From Convolutriloba macropyga (Eukaryota), in NCBI RefSeq assembly GCF_964194025.1, contig NC_134482.1, forward strand, positions 2,046,001-2,110,000: 64,000 bases of DNA, written 5' to 3'. Within the stretch, counting starts at the first letter, position 1, and each line of letters begins with the position of its first letter. The translations under genes and the position numbers were made by a program. A model generated the notes under the pieces. That model had not been told where the DNA came from. It ran no database searches and saw nothing but the letters and a program-made list of their open reading frames with translations. Shown piece after piece: positions 39,101 to 50,630 of this stretch.

Positions 39101-42100
39101 TAAAATGGTGTAAGAGTGAGGGGGTATATTTGTCCAGAGAGGGTAAAATGATGTAGGAGTTGGGCTGCCAAGGGGGGTAAAATTTTGTAAGAGTGAGGGG
39201 TAATGTGTTCAGAGGGGGTAAAATGATGTAAGAGTTGGGCTGCCAAGAGGGGTAAAATGGTGTAAGAGTGGGGGGGGGGGTAATTTGTTGAGAGGTGGTA
39301 AAATGATGTAATGGTTGGGCTGCCAAGGGTGATAAAATGGTGTAAGAGCAAGGGGGTAATTTGTCCAGAGGGTGTAACATGAGCTAAGATTTGAGCTGCC
39401 AAGGGGGGTACATTGGTGTGAGAGTGAGTGGGTAATTTGTTCAGAGGGGGTAAAAAGATGTAAGAGTCGGGCTGCCAAGGGGGGTAAAATGGTGTAAGAG
39501 TGAGGCGTAATTTTTCCAGAGAGGGTAAAATGATGTAAGAGTTGGGCTGCCAAGGGGGTAAAATGTTATAAGAGTGAGGGGGTAATTTGTTCAGAGTGGG
39601 TAAAATGATATAATAGTTGGGCTGCCAAGGGGGATAATATGATTTAAGAGTTAGGGGGTAAATTGTTCAGAGGGGGTAAAATGATGTAAGAGTTGGGCTG
39701 CCAAGAGGTGTAAAATGGTGTAAGAGTGAGGGGGTAATTTGTCCAGACGCGGTAAAATGATGTAATAGTTGGGCTGCCAAGGGTGATAAAATGGTGTAAG
39801 AGTGAGGGGTAATGTGTTCAGAGGGGGTAAAATGATGTGAAAGTTGGGCTGCCAAGAAGGGTAAAATGGTGTAAGAGTGGGGGGGGTAATTTGTTGAGAG
39901 CTGGTAAAATGATGTAATAGTTGGGCTGCCAAGGGTGATAAAATGGTGTAAGAGCGAGGGGTAATGTATTCAGAGGGGGTAAAATGATGTAAGAGTTGGG
40001 CTGCCAAGAGGGGTAAAATGGTGTAAGAGTGGGGGGGGTAATTTGTTGAGAGGTGGTAAAATGATGTAATAGTTGGGCTTCCAAGGGTGATAAAATGGTG
40101 TAAGAGCGAGGGGGTAATTTGTCCACAGGGTGTAACATGAGCTAAGATTTGAGCTGCCAAGGGGGGTACAATGGTGTGAGAGTGAGTGGGTAATTTGTTC
40201 AGAGAGGGTGAAATGATGTAAGAGTCGGGCTTCCAAGGGGGGTAAATTGGTGTAAGAGTAAGGGGGTAATTTGTCCAGAGGGGGTAAAATAATGTAAGGG
40301 TTGGGCTGCCAAGGGGGGTAAAATGGTGTAAGAGTGAGGGGGTAATTTTTCAGAGGGGGTTTAATGATGTAAGAGTTGGGCTGCCAAGGGGTGTTAAATG
40401 GTGTAAGAGTGAGGGGGTAATTTTTCCAGAGAGGGTAAAATGATGTAAGAGTTGGGCTGCCAAAGGGGGGTAAAATGTTATAAGAGTGAGGGGGTAATTT
40501 GTTCAGAGTGGGTAAAATGATATAATAGTTGGGCTGCCAAGGGGGATAATATGATGTAAGAGTTAGGGGGTAAATTTTTCAGAGGGGGTAAAATGATGTA
40601 AGAGTTGGGCTGCCAAGAGGTGTAAAATGGTGTAAGAGTGAGGGGTAATTTGTCCAGAGGCGGTAAAATGATGTAATAGTTGGGCTGCCAAGGGTGATAA
40701 AATGGTGTAAGAGCGAGGGGGTAATTTGTCCAGACGTTGTAACAAGAGCTAAGATTTGAGCTGCCAAGGGGGTAAAATGATGTAAGAGTGAGTGGGTAAT
40801 TTGTTCAGAGGGGGGAAAATGATGTAAGTGTCGGGCTGCCAAGGGGGGGGGGGGAAATGGTGTAAGAGTAAGGGCGTAATTTCTCCAGAGGGGGTAAAAT
40901 GATGTAAGGGTTGGGCTGCCAAGGGGGGTAAAATGGTGTCAGAGTGATGGGGTAATTTGTTCAGAGGGGGTTTAATGATGTAAGAGTTGGGCTGCCAAGG
41001 GGGGTAAAATGGTTTATGAGTGAGGGGGTAATCTGATCAGAGGGGGTTTAATGATGTAAGAGTTGGGCTGCCAAGGGGGGTAAAATGGTGTAAGAGTGAG
41101 GGGATAATTTTTTCAGAGAGGGTAAAATGATGTAAGAGTTGGGCTGCCAAGGTGGGTAAAAAGTTATAAGAGTGAGGGGGTAATTTGTTCAGAGGGGGTA
41201 AAATAATATAATAGTTGGGCTGCCAAGGGGATAAAATGATGTAAGAGTGAGGGGGTAATTTGTTCAGAGGGGGTAAAATGATGTAAGAGTTGGGCTGCCA
41301 AGAGGGGTAAAATAGTGCAAGAGTGAGGGGGTAATTTGTCCAGAGGTGGTAAAATGATGTAATAGTTGGGCTGCCAAGGGTGATTAAATGGTATAAGAGC
41401 GAGGGGGTAATTTGTCCAGAGGGTGTAACATGAGCTAAGATTTGAGCTGCCAAGGGGGGTAAAATGGTGTAAGAGTGAGTGGGTAATTTGTTCAGAGGGG
41501 GTAAAATGATGTAAGAGTCGGGCTGCCAAGGGGGGTAAAATGGTGTAAGAGTGAGGGGGTAATTTTTCAGAGGGGGTTTAATGATGTAAGAGTTGGGCTG
41601 CCAAGGGGTGTTAAATGGTGTAAGAGTGAGGGGGTAATTTTTCCAGAGAGGGTAAAATGATGTAAGAGTTGGGCTGCCAAAGGGGGGTAAAATGTTATAA
41701 GAGTGAGGGGGTAATTTGTTCAGAGTGGGTAAAATGATATAATAGTTGGGCTGCCAAGGGGGATAATATGATGTAAGAGTTAGGGGGTAAATTTTTCAGA
41801 GGGGGTAAAATGATGTAAGAGTTGGGCTGCCAAGAGGTGTAAAATGGTGTAAGAGTGAGGGGTAATTTGTCCAGAGGCGGTAAAATGATGTAATAGTTGG
41901 GCTGCCAAGGGTGATAAAATGGTGTAAGAGCGAGGGGGTAATTTGTCCAGACGTTGTAACAAGAGCTAAGATTTGAGCTGCCAAGGGGGTAAAATGATGT
42001 AAGAGTGAGTGGGTAATTTGTTCAGAGGGGGGAAAATGATGTAAGTGTCGGGCTGCCAAGGGGGGGGGGGGGGAAATGGTGTAAGAGTAAGGGCGTAATT

Positions 42101-43520
42101 TCTCCAGAGGGGGTAAAATGATGTAAGGGTTGGGCTGCCAAGGGGGGTAAAATGGTGTCAGAGTGATGGGGTAATTTGTTCAGAGGGGGTTTAATGATGT
42201 AAGAGTTGGGCTGCCAAGGGGGGTAAAATGGTTTATGAGTGAGGGGGTAATCTGATCAGAGGGGGTTTAATGATGTAAGAGTTGGGCTGCCAAGGGGGGT
42301 AAAATGGTGTAAGAGTGAGGGGATAATTTTTTCAGAGAGGGTAAAATGATGTAAGAGTTGGGCTGCCAAGGTGGGTAAAAAGTTATAAGAGTGAGGGGGT
42401 AATTTGTTCAGAGGGGGTAAAATAATATAATAGTTGGGCTGCCAAGGGGATAAAATGATGTAAGAGTGAGGGGGTAATTTGTTCAGAGGGGGTAAAATGA
42501 TGTAAGAGTTGGGCTGCCAAGAGGGGTAAAATAGTGCAAGAGTGAGGGGGTAATTTGTCCAGAGGTGGTAAAATGATGTAATAGTTGGGCTGCCAAGGGT
42601 GATTAAATGGTATAAGAGCGAGGGGGTAATTTGTCCAGAGGGTGTAACATGAGCTAAGATTTGAGCTGCCAAGGGGGGTAAAATGGTGTAAGAGTGAGTG
42701 GGTAATTTGTTCAGAGGGGGTAAAATGATGTAAGAGTCGGGCTGCCAAGGGGGGTAAAATGGTGTAAGAGTAAGGGGTAATTTCTCGAGAGGGGGTAAAA
42801 TGATGTAAGTGTTGGGCTGCCCAGGGGGGTAAAATGGTGTAAGAGTGAGGGGGTAATTTGTTCAGAGGGTGTTTAATAATGTAAGAGTTGGGCTGCCAAG
42901 GGGAGTAAAATGGTGTAAGAGTGAGGGGGTAATTTGTCCAGAGGTGGTAAAATGATGTGATAGTTGGGCTGCCAAGGGTGATAAAATGGTATAAGAGCGA
43001 GGGGATAATTTGTCCAGAGGGTGTAACATGAGCTAAGATTTGAGCTGCCAAGGGGGGTAAAATGGTGTAAGAGTGAGTGGGTAATTTGTTCAGAGGGGGT
43101 TTAATGATGTAAGGGTTGGGCTGCCAAGGGGGGTAAAATGGTGTAAGAGTGAGGGGGTAAATTGTTCAGAGGGGGTAAAATGATGTAAGAGTCGGGCTGC
43201 CAAGGGGGGTAAAATGGTGTAAGAGTAAGGGGGTAATTTGTCCAGAGGGGGTAAAATGATGTAAGGGCTGGGCTGCCAAGGGGGGTAAAGTGGTGTAAGA
43301 GTGAGGGGGTAATTTCTTCAGAGGGGGTTTAATGATGTAAGCGTTGGGCTGCCAAGGGGGGTAAATTGGTGTAAGAGTGAGGGGGTAATTTTTCCAGAGA
43401 GGGTAAAATGATGTAAGCGTTGGGCTGCCAAGGGGGGTAAAATGGTGTAAGATTGGGGGGTTGTTTGTTCCGAGGGGGTAAAACGATGTAAGAGTGGGGG
43501 GGGGGTAATTTGTTGAGATG
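33190..43520 (+). repeat. G-rich satellite array, 76-bp monomer with higher-order repeats
   Basis: Consensus agagggggtaaaatgatgtaagagttgggctgccaaggggggtaaaatggtgtaagagtgagggggtaatttgttc; HOR offsets 761, ~1154 and 1217-1219 bp from repeated ORF translations; ~70-bp variant units at 33290-33630. Confidence 0.98.
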
Positions 43521-43573
43521 GGGCAATTCTAACAAGTATTATTCATATATATAGACCGTCAAGAGTTGGACAA

Positions 43574-43650
43574 GCCTTGATGTTCTGGAGGATAAGGCGA
43601 CGCAGCTGAGGGTACAGAGGTTGTGGGTTCAAGACTGGCAGTCTTCAGGA
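43574..43650 (+). mobile_element. Degenerate tRNA-derived SINE head / pseudo-tRNA
   Basis: A-box-like tgttctggaggataaggcg and B-box-like ggttcaagact with tRNA-like spacing (aggttgtgggttcaa); cloverleaf stems are broken. Confidence 0.45.
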
Positions 43651-43789
43651 ATGGGTGCTAAAACAATGTAAGATGAGGGGGTAAAATGATGTAAGAGTTG
43701 GTCTGCCAAGGGGGGTAAAATGATGCAAGAGTTGGGCTGCCAGGGGGGGGGGGGGTAAAATGATGTAAGAGTTGGGCTGCCAAGGGGGT

Positions 43790-44134
43790 AAAATGATGTA
43801 AGAGTGGGGCTGCAATGGGGGGATTTTTTGGGAAAAAAGCAGCTCAAAACTCCCATCTTTTTGGGCTGCATTGGGCTTCCAAGGGGGGGGGGGGTAAAAT
43901 GGTGTAAGAGTGAGGGGGTAAAAGACAAATTAACCCCCCACTCTTACCGCTTTTTTGATCTGCCAAGGGAGGTAAAATGGTGTAAGAGTGAGGGGGTAAA
44001 AGACAAAATACCCCCTCACTCTTACACCATTTTACCCCCCTTGGAATCCCAATGCAGCCCAAAAAGACGTAAGAGTTTTGAGCTGCATTTTCCTAAAAAA
44101 TCCTCCTATTGCAGCCCCACTCTTACATCATTTT
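43790..44134. repeat. Foldback structure, ~125-bp inverted arms made of satellite-related sequence
   Basis: 43790-43920 is the imperfect reverse complement of 44009-44134. Confidence 0.9.
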
Positions 44135-44561
44135 GGGCGGAAAAATTCAATCCGGGCACGGGACAACATTCAGATTAAAAGAGGGCAAAAAACTAACATG
44201 TCTCTTTACAAAATGGCAGAACGCCGCATACAGTTCGGAAGCAAAAGTTCTTGCAGGTTCTTGAACTGGTTATAAAACTGCAAATAATAAAAGGAGAAGT
44301 GGGGTATAACTTCCAAGAGACCTTCAGAAAATTAAGTGAAAATTCAGTGGTAATAAAGTCAAGGGTAACTTAAATAAAAGGTTAGAAAGTAAAACACAAA
44401 GAAACGAGCCGTGTCCTATTTTGAACAAGATAAATAGCACTTGTGAAGAATTTGGTCACTTTCAAAAAATATTCCGACGTAAAACTCAACCAAATTGAGG
44501 TAAGTTTGAACAACACAAAATCTTCTTCGCGGAAGAGGATTAAATGTAGCGTCCAACATTT

Positions 44562-44684
44562 GGGTCTTTCCCATTATAGCCCCCCCCAGCTTTGTGGTCA
44601 GATAACCTATAGCCCCCCAATCATGGTAATTATACCATAATGGGGGGCTATAATTTCATGGCGGGGCTATGATGGGAAATACAC
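44562..44684. mobile_element. MITE of the same family as 2926-3026, opposite orientation
   Basis: gggtctttcccattatagccccc ... gggaaatacac flanked by an exact 8-bp TSD caacattt. Confidence 0.88.
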
Positions 44685-45477
44685 CAACATTTTGCCTAAC
44701 GCAGATGAGAGTGTACTATACGCGGCAAAACATATTTAACAGGTCATGACATGGAGAATGGAGAAAAATTAAAAATTTGGATTGAGCTTGGTATTTGTCA
44801 GTTGTATGGTAGCATCAGAAATCTTGAAGTATATGGCGTAATGTTGATGCCTATCGTGTAATGTTCAGCGAAACAGAAGTAGGTAGAGAAAACAACAACT
44901 AGGTGTAAGAGTGAGGGGGTAATTTGTTCAGAGGGGGTAAAATGATGTAAGGGCTGGGCTGCCAAGGGGGGTAAAATGGTGTAAGAGTGAGGGGGTGATT
45001 TTTCCAGAGAGGGTAAAATGATGTAAGCGTTGGGCTGCCAAGGGGGGTAAATGGTGTAAGAGTGGGGGTTTGTTTGTTCCGAGGGGGTAAAACGATGTAA
45101 GAGTGAGGGGGTAATTTGTTGAGATGGGGCAATTCTAACAAGTATTATTCATATATATAGACCGTCAAGAGGGGCTATGATGGGAAATACACCAACATTT
45201 TGCCTAACGCAGATGAGAGTGTACTATACGCGGCAAAACATATTTAACAGGTCATGACATGGAGAATGGAGAAAAATTACAGTAAGAGGCTACAAAACAA
45301 AAACGCAAGTTCATAAAGGCTCTGGTAGCACCGTGAAAGCATCGTACATTTGGATTTAGCTTGGTATTTGTCAGTTGTATGGTAGCATCAGAAATCTTGA
45401 AGTATATGGCGTAATGTTGATGCCTATAGTGTAATGTTCAGCGAAACAGAAGTAGGTTGAGAAAACAACAACTAGGT
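44663..45477. repeat. Local duplication with a captured satellite-end fragment
   Basis: 44663-44904 repeated at 45171-45477; the intervening 44902-45171 copies the array end plus unique flank (gggcaattctaacaag...gaccgtcaagag, 43521-43565). Confidence 0.9.
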
Positions 45478-45499
45478 AGAGAAAACATTTGCGCAGGCC

Positions 45500-47800
45500 G
45501 ATAAAATATATTGCATACTATCCCATGAATGCATCAAATCTGTGCGCCATAAACAACTAACCGCTGCCAAAGGATACGAAGCACTTGCAAAACTCAAACC
45601 GAGATCACAGCCAATGTTCTGCAGCTCCGGAAATATAATTCATTCTCTACTTCTACAAGACCATGTCAAAAGTAAATTTGAGCCAAAGGATCGACAAGGC
45701 ATCCGGGGGCCAGTGCAGCCTGGATGAGTCACTTGTACCGCGGCGGTGGATAAAAATGGAATCCCAAGACTATATAAAGAAGCAACGTTATGAAAAAATA
45801 TTACGCAATCCCAGAAATGAAGACAATCTTCAAAAATTTTCATGGGGCCTCATATGTTGGCAAAAAGGATTCTTTTGACTCACTGGAGTTAGAAAAATGC
45901 AAACAAAATATGCCCAAACAACACGTCTCAACATTTTCCTTAGATTCCGGTTGTTCGTCGGTTTTCTTAAAATGTATTGAATGATATCTGAAATCAATCA
46001 AGGGTGCTATCATTTTCCAGGACGATATGCTGTTGGTTTTAATCACAAACGAAGCTTACTGTCAAAAATCGACTGCGTGCAGGAAATAAAATTTTTTGGT
46101 TAACATATGACTAAACAATGAGTAACACGATGCTAAACCTGTTGAGAAGAAATACAGAACCACCATCACATAAGGAACATTTTGATTCTTGCTGAAGAAT
46201 TATCACATATTTCGCTACAAATATGATACTTTTAAAAAAGTTCAAAAACGCAGTTTTGGAAGAAAAAAAAGGAAAAAAAAACAATATGCAAATATCAGGA
46301 ATTGAGTTAAGTGCTAACCCACTTGTTCAGCCGTACAGCTTGACGGAAAAGGCAGCCGTGTCAATGGCTACAATAGAAAAAACAGATCAGAGTTTCTCTC
46401 ACAGGAATTACTTTCTATAATCTATGTCCCAAAAAGAATATCCCAAGTTGACTTTAAAAAATCCGAAACAGAAAGAGAGACACTTGCGATAGTCTGCGTG
46501 GTCTCAAGTTTAAAACAATTCCTGGTCGGAAAAAGTCCTCTTTACAGATTAGCCACAATTTTCTAAAAAAAAGTAGCTGTTTACACCACAAGAAGCATTG
46601 TACTAAACGCATCAACAAGAATAACAAGATGGGCAACAGCAAAGATCGTATTCATTTTCGAAATGAAATTAACGGCCGGGTATCAAAATCCTCACGCTGA
46701 TGCTTTATGCAGACTAAACTTTGAAGTTAACAATTAGAGTGATCGAGTGTGCTTCACTTCGGACAATATTTATTTGCTGCTTTCCTACTGGGTAAAAAGT
46801 CCAATGTCATAACTGAGTTAGACTCCTGTCGACTAATCAATAATTTAATCAAAATGATAAAGAATTGCCGAAAGAAATGAAACGCTGAGGCAAAAAACAA
46901 CAGGAAGATGCTCTGAATATCCAAAAAGTGTTCATTTCTTGCGTTTTTGTGCCACTTATTTAGCCAAAACTAAGTTTGGCTATCACGGCAAAAGTCCATG
47001 AGACCCATCAGGAAAAAACAGCAGCTCAAACGGTACCTTGGTCACCCGTTGTCAGACAAAAGAGTCTTTGATGTGTTAATATTTGTCCAAACTGCCAAGA
47101 AAACAACGTATCCTGGAGGAAGCAGTATCATTTTGGCCAGAAGAAAAAATTTTGGTTAAGACTCTATCCAGACTGGGGTTATTTAAAGATCTACTGAAGA
47201 TCTAATTATACGCGTGGCTTTAATTTCGATTGAAGTTTTCCTTGTGGTAGAAAGAACTACACGAACAGTAAGGTTTTACATAAGTCAAAGTTTGAAAAAT
47301 AAAGGTTACCAAAAACCGTAGAATCCGACAATGGTCGCGAGTTTGTAAGAGGCGAAATAAAACAGTGGGGTGAAATACTGGGAACAAAAAGCAGTAATCA
47401 CTGATCTATCATCCTAGAGCAGAGGGACTTGCTGAGCGCGCAATTCAAACAGTGAAGCAGTCTGCGGTTGTCCAAATTATAGTGTCTGATTTGAATTGAT
47501 TCTATAGCGGTCATTAATGGCACACCAAAATATCTAAAACCTTGCCAAAGTGACATCAAAAGATGCTGTGATAAGACTCCTGTGGATCTGCTCATTGACA
47601 GGAAAATGAGACTTAAAGTGGCCACAGGCCTTAACTTGTGTGAAACAGTCCTTTTCATAGCAACAAGCAGTTCATCAACAATTCCGTTTAATCTCAGTAT
47701 CCGCAAACAAATGAACACCTCACTTGACAATTCCAACGAGGCTGTGCTTCACATTAACATACAAAATGATCGGCTGGAACCTGAAAATCTGCTGATCACA
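45500..47800 (+). mobile_element. Heavily decayed Gypsy/Ty3 pol remnant (RT-RNase H-integrase)
   Basis: GAIIFQDDML (RT active-site-like, ~46001-46030), ELSANPLVQPYS, QNPHADAL.RL, VHETH, PKTVESDNGREF. Confidence 0.75.
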
Positions 47801-47984
47801 AGTTAGCAGACCAACAAGCTGAAAGCAGTAAGGCAAGGCAAAAGAACTTGTTCAGCTTTAAGTTGCAAAATGACACATATGAGTATATCTACATCTAATT
47901 GACTCTGTAATTTTTAAGACTGATACGGATTAGAAATAACAATTATTAAGACGTATTTCTAAATTTAGGCCGTTTTAAAATCAA

Positions 47985-48515
47985 TAACTTAAAACATACC
48001 TGGCAGATTGCCGGAAAATAGCCGCCATTGATTCCCCTAACTGAAATTGGGATTGAAAGAATAGAAAATTATAAAAGTATTTGTACAAAAAAATTAAGTG
48101 CAAATTAATTTGATGTCATTTCGTAGTTGAACAAAGCTCCTGTTTTCAAGAGAGAACATACAGCGGCTAGTGTTAACACAAATCAGCTTTAGAAATGGTG
48201 ACTAAGACATTATGAACAAAGTTCAAGTAATGGGCATCTAAACTTAGCTTTTTAGGTTCATCCGGTTTGTAATTTCGATTTCTTGTTTTCATTGACTCTC
48301 TTTATCTCGAGTTGCTTTGCTGAGCAAGTGCTGTTTAAAAGCATTTTGACCAGAATGAGAAAAAAGTGAGGCTACTTTTGAGAAGTCAACAAAATTTCAC
48401 GCAAACAGACCAAAAAAGCTGCAAATTGACGTACAACGAAACAAATTTTTGTTCGACGATGTAAAAGAAACATAACAAAACCAGTCATGAAACACAATCC
48501 AACGAATTGACTATA
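47985..48515. repeat. Dispersed repeat family copy
   Basis: Colinear similarity with 53455-53950; ends match 1985-2110 and 1-110. Confidence 0.7.
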
Positions 48516-50544
48516 AAACCAAAAAGTATTGATTCTTACGAGCAAACTGATTCAATAGTGTCAACCAAACAGAAAGTCCCACAAATTTGGAGATGGTAAA
48601 ACATTGGTAAAATTTAGAACATTGGTAAAACGCTTGAACCTTATATCCTGAAAACACTTTTTTCATTTTAATGTACCTAACAAACCATGCAAAAAATTTC
48701 ACCAGGGTTCATTCGCTCTTAAAGATAAAAAAATTCAAATATTTTTCTTCAAAAATTAGAAATACTATTATAAATCGGCGGAACCCTTGATAAAAATAAC
48801 TTTAAAACTGTTTCATTGTCTCTAGAATCTGTCCATAATACCATCCTTAAGCTCTAAAACTGTTTGAGGCCCTTAAGGGTCAATAGTTAAATTAAAATTT
48901 TTTGGTAAAATTGAAACATAATTTTTTTGAAAAAATTTCTAAATGCAGTTTTATTATATTCAAATTCACTTAGTTGTCTTGAGAAATTGTCCAGTAACCA
49001 TCTTCAAGCACTACACAACTCACACAAACCCTAAAAGATGGCTAAGTTCTTAAAAAAATGAAAAAATTTTATAAGTATAAAACTGCGCTTTTGAAAAATC
49101 ACTGAATTTGATATGTTAAAATCTTTAAAAGCCTTTTAACATGACGAGATTGTATCTATAAACGCATATTCAAGCTCTAAAAAGTTTCAAGGGTCACTTA
49201 AAGGAAAAAAACTTCTGAATGGTAAAATTTTCTGAAAAGCCACTTAACCTCGAAATACAAATATCAGTAATACAGTTTTTTTCTCTACAAACTATGTCAT
49301 AACTCCTTTTCTTGCACTAAAGAAACTTTTATTGGCCCATAAAGGACAGAATATGAAAAAATGACATAGATTTGGCAGGTTGTAGGGAAAAGTTGCCAAA
49401 TTTCAATTTACTAATGGCCTCAAAACTATTTATTTGCCTGTAGAAACTATCCCAACACCACCGTCATCAAGTCCTGAAAAAGTTTAATGCGACAAAAATT
49501 TGGAAACCAAAAAACAGAAACCACAAAAACTTTAAAAAAGCAAAAATCAGTATTGTTTTTGGTATTTAATCTCCTAACAGAGCAGAAAAACAGAAATAAA
49601 AAATTAAGGCATACAGATGACCATCCTCAGCTCTGAAAGTCGTTAATTTGAGACCAATCTAACAAAAACCTCAATAATTGACAATAAAAATGAAAAACTG
49701 GGCCATTTTCAGCTCAAATATTTATCTTTCCACCTTGAATTTAGGCCTTCCCAGCAAAATCAGCACTTTAAGCAGGTACACTACTACTAAAGCCAGCGTA
49801 TGCCTTCTAATGAAAACTTAACTACTGTGCGTAAACAATTTATACCGATTCGAAATCTCAAAGTCATTTAAAAATCTGATTAAATCTTTAAAAGAGACAG
49901 AGCACCAATACAATTCAAATTTTTCGATTACAAAAAAACAATGAGCGCTGTAATTTTCTACTGAAAAGATGAGGTTAGCTACTAAGCAGATAAAGTTGAA
50001 AAGGGGTTGAAAAAACTAAAGCCGTCACCTGAAAATTTTCAAAGGGGTCTGGTTTATCATTGAAAAAGTTTTTGGTTTCTGTTTTGTCCCCCCTACCTTA
50101 GTGAGCTTATTTTTGTTAAGCCCCCAGGAGCACGTGCTTTTTTCTTACATAGTAACGTGCTATATAACAACATAAACTTTGTAACGGGGGCGTAAAAAAA
50201 CACTGGCGGGGCGAAAACAGAAGAGATCCAATTTTGGGTGAAAAAGTTGAGCACAAATTAGAAGCTCTGATCTCTTGCGTAAGAAGAAGAGGCATGATCC
50301 GCTCGGATATTACGCCCCTGAGCTAGCTTTTTTACAATACCCTTGTTTTAGCAACAGGCACAAAATTCTGATTAAAAGAATCTTATGTCACCCAGAAAGA
50401 AAGAAATCAAAAGAGAAAGAGCGTCAGACGACAAAACCAAAAAACATACCCGGCAGAAAATCGGAAACAACTAGAACAATCGTGCGGTATAATATCTAAC
50501 GTAACCTTACCAAAAACAAATTACCAAAAAAGAAAAGAAGCATC

Positions 50545-50630
50545 AAGGAGGGGTAGTTGGGGGTGTGAGGGGGAATCTTGCTGAGGGTTGGTGAGTGGGG
50601 GAAGGGTAGGTGGGTAGGGGGGTTGGATGC
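50545..50630 (+). other. G-run tract, potential G-quadruplex
   Basis: About eight G3-G6 runs with short loops in an AT-rich background. Confidence 0.55.

Noticed and set aside
33190-43520. CRISPR-like or telomeric array
   Set aside because: No unique spacers and no cas genes; not a TTAGGG-type short repeat
43574-43650. Functional tRNA gene
   Set aside because: Acceptor, anticodon and T stems do not pair; at best a SINE head or pseudo-tRNA
33342-43928. Many His/Pro/Leu-rich minus-strand ORFs (up to 242 aa)
   Set aside because: They are translations of the stop-poor C-rich strand of a 76-bp satellite; the period is not a multiple of 3 and G-run indels shift frames constantly
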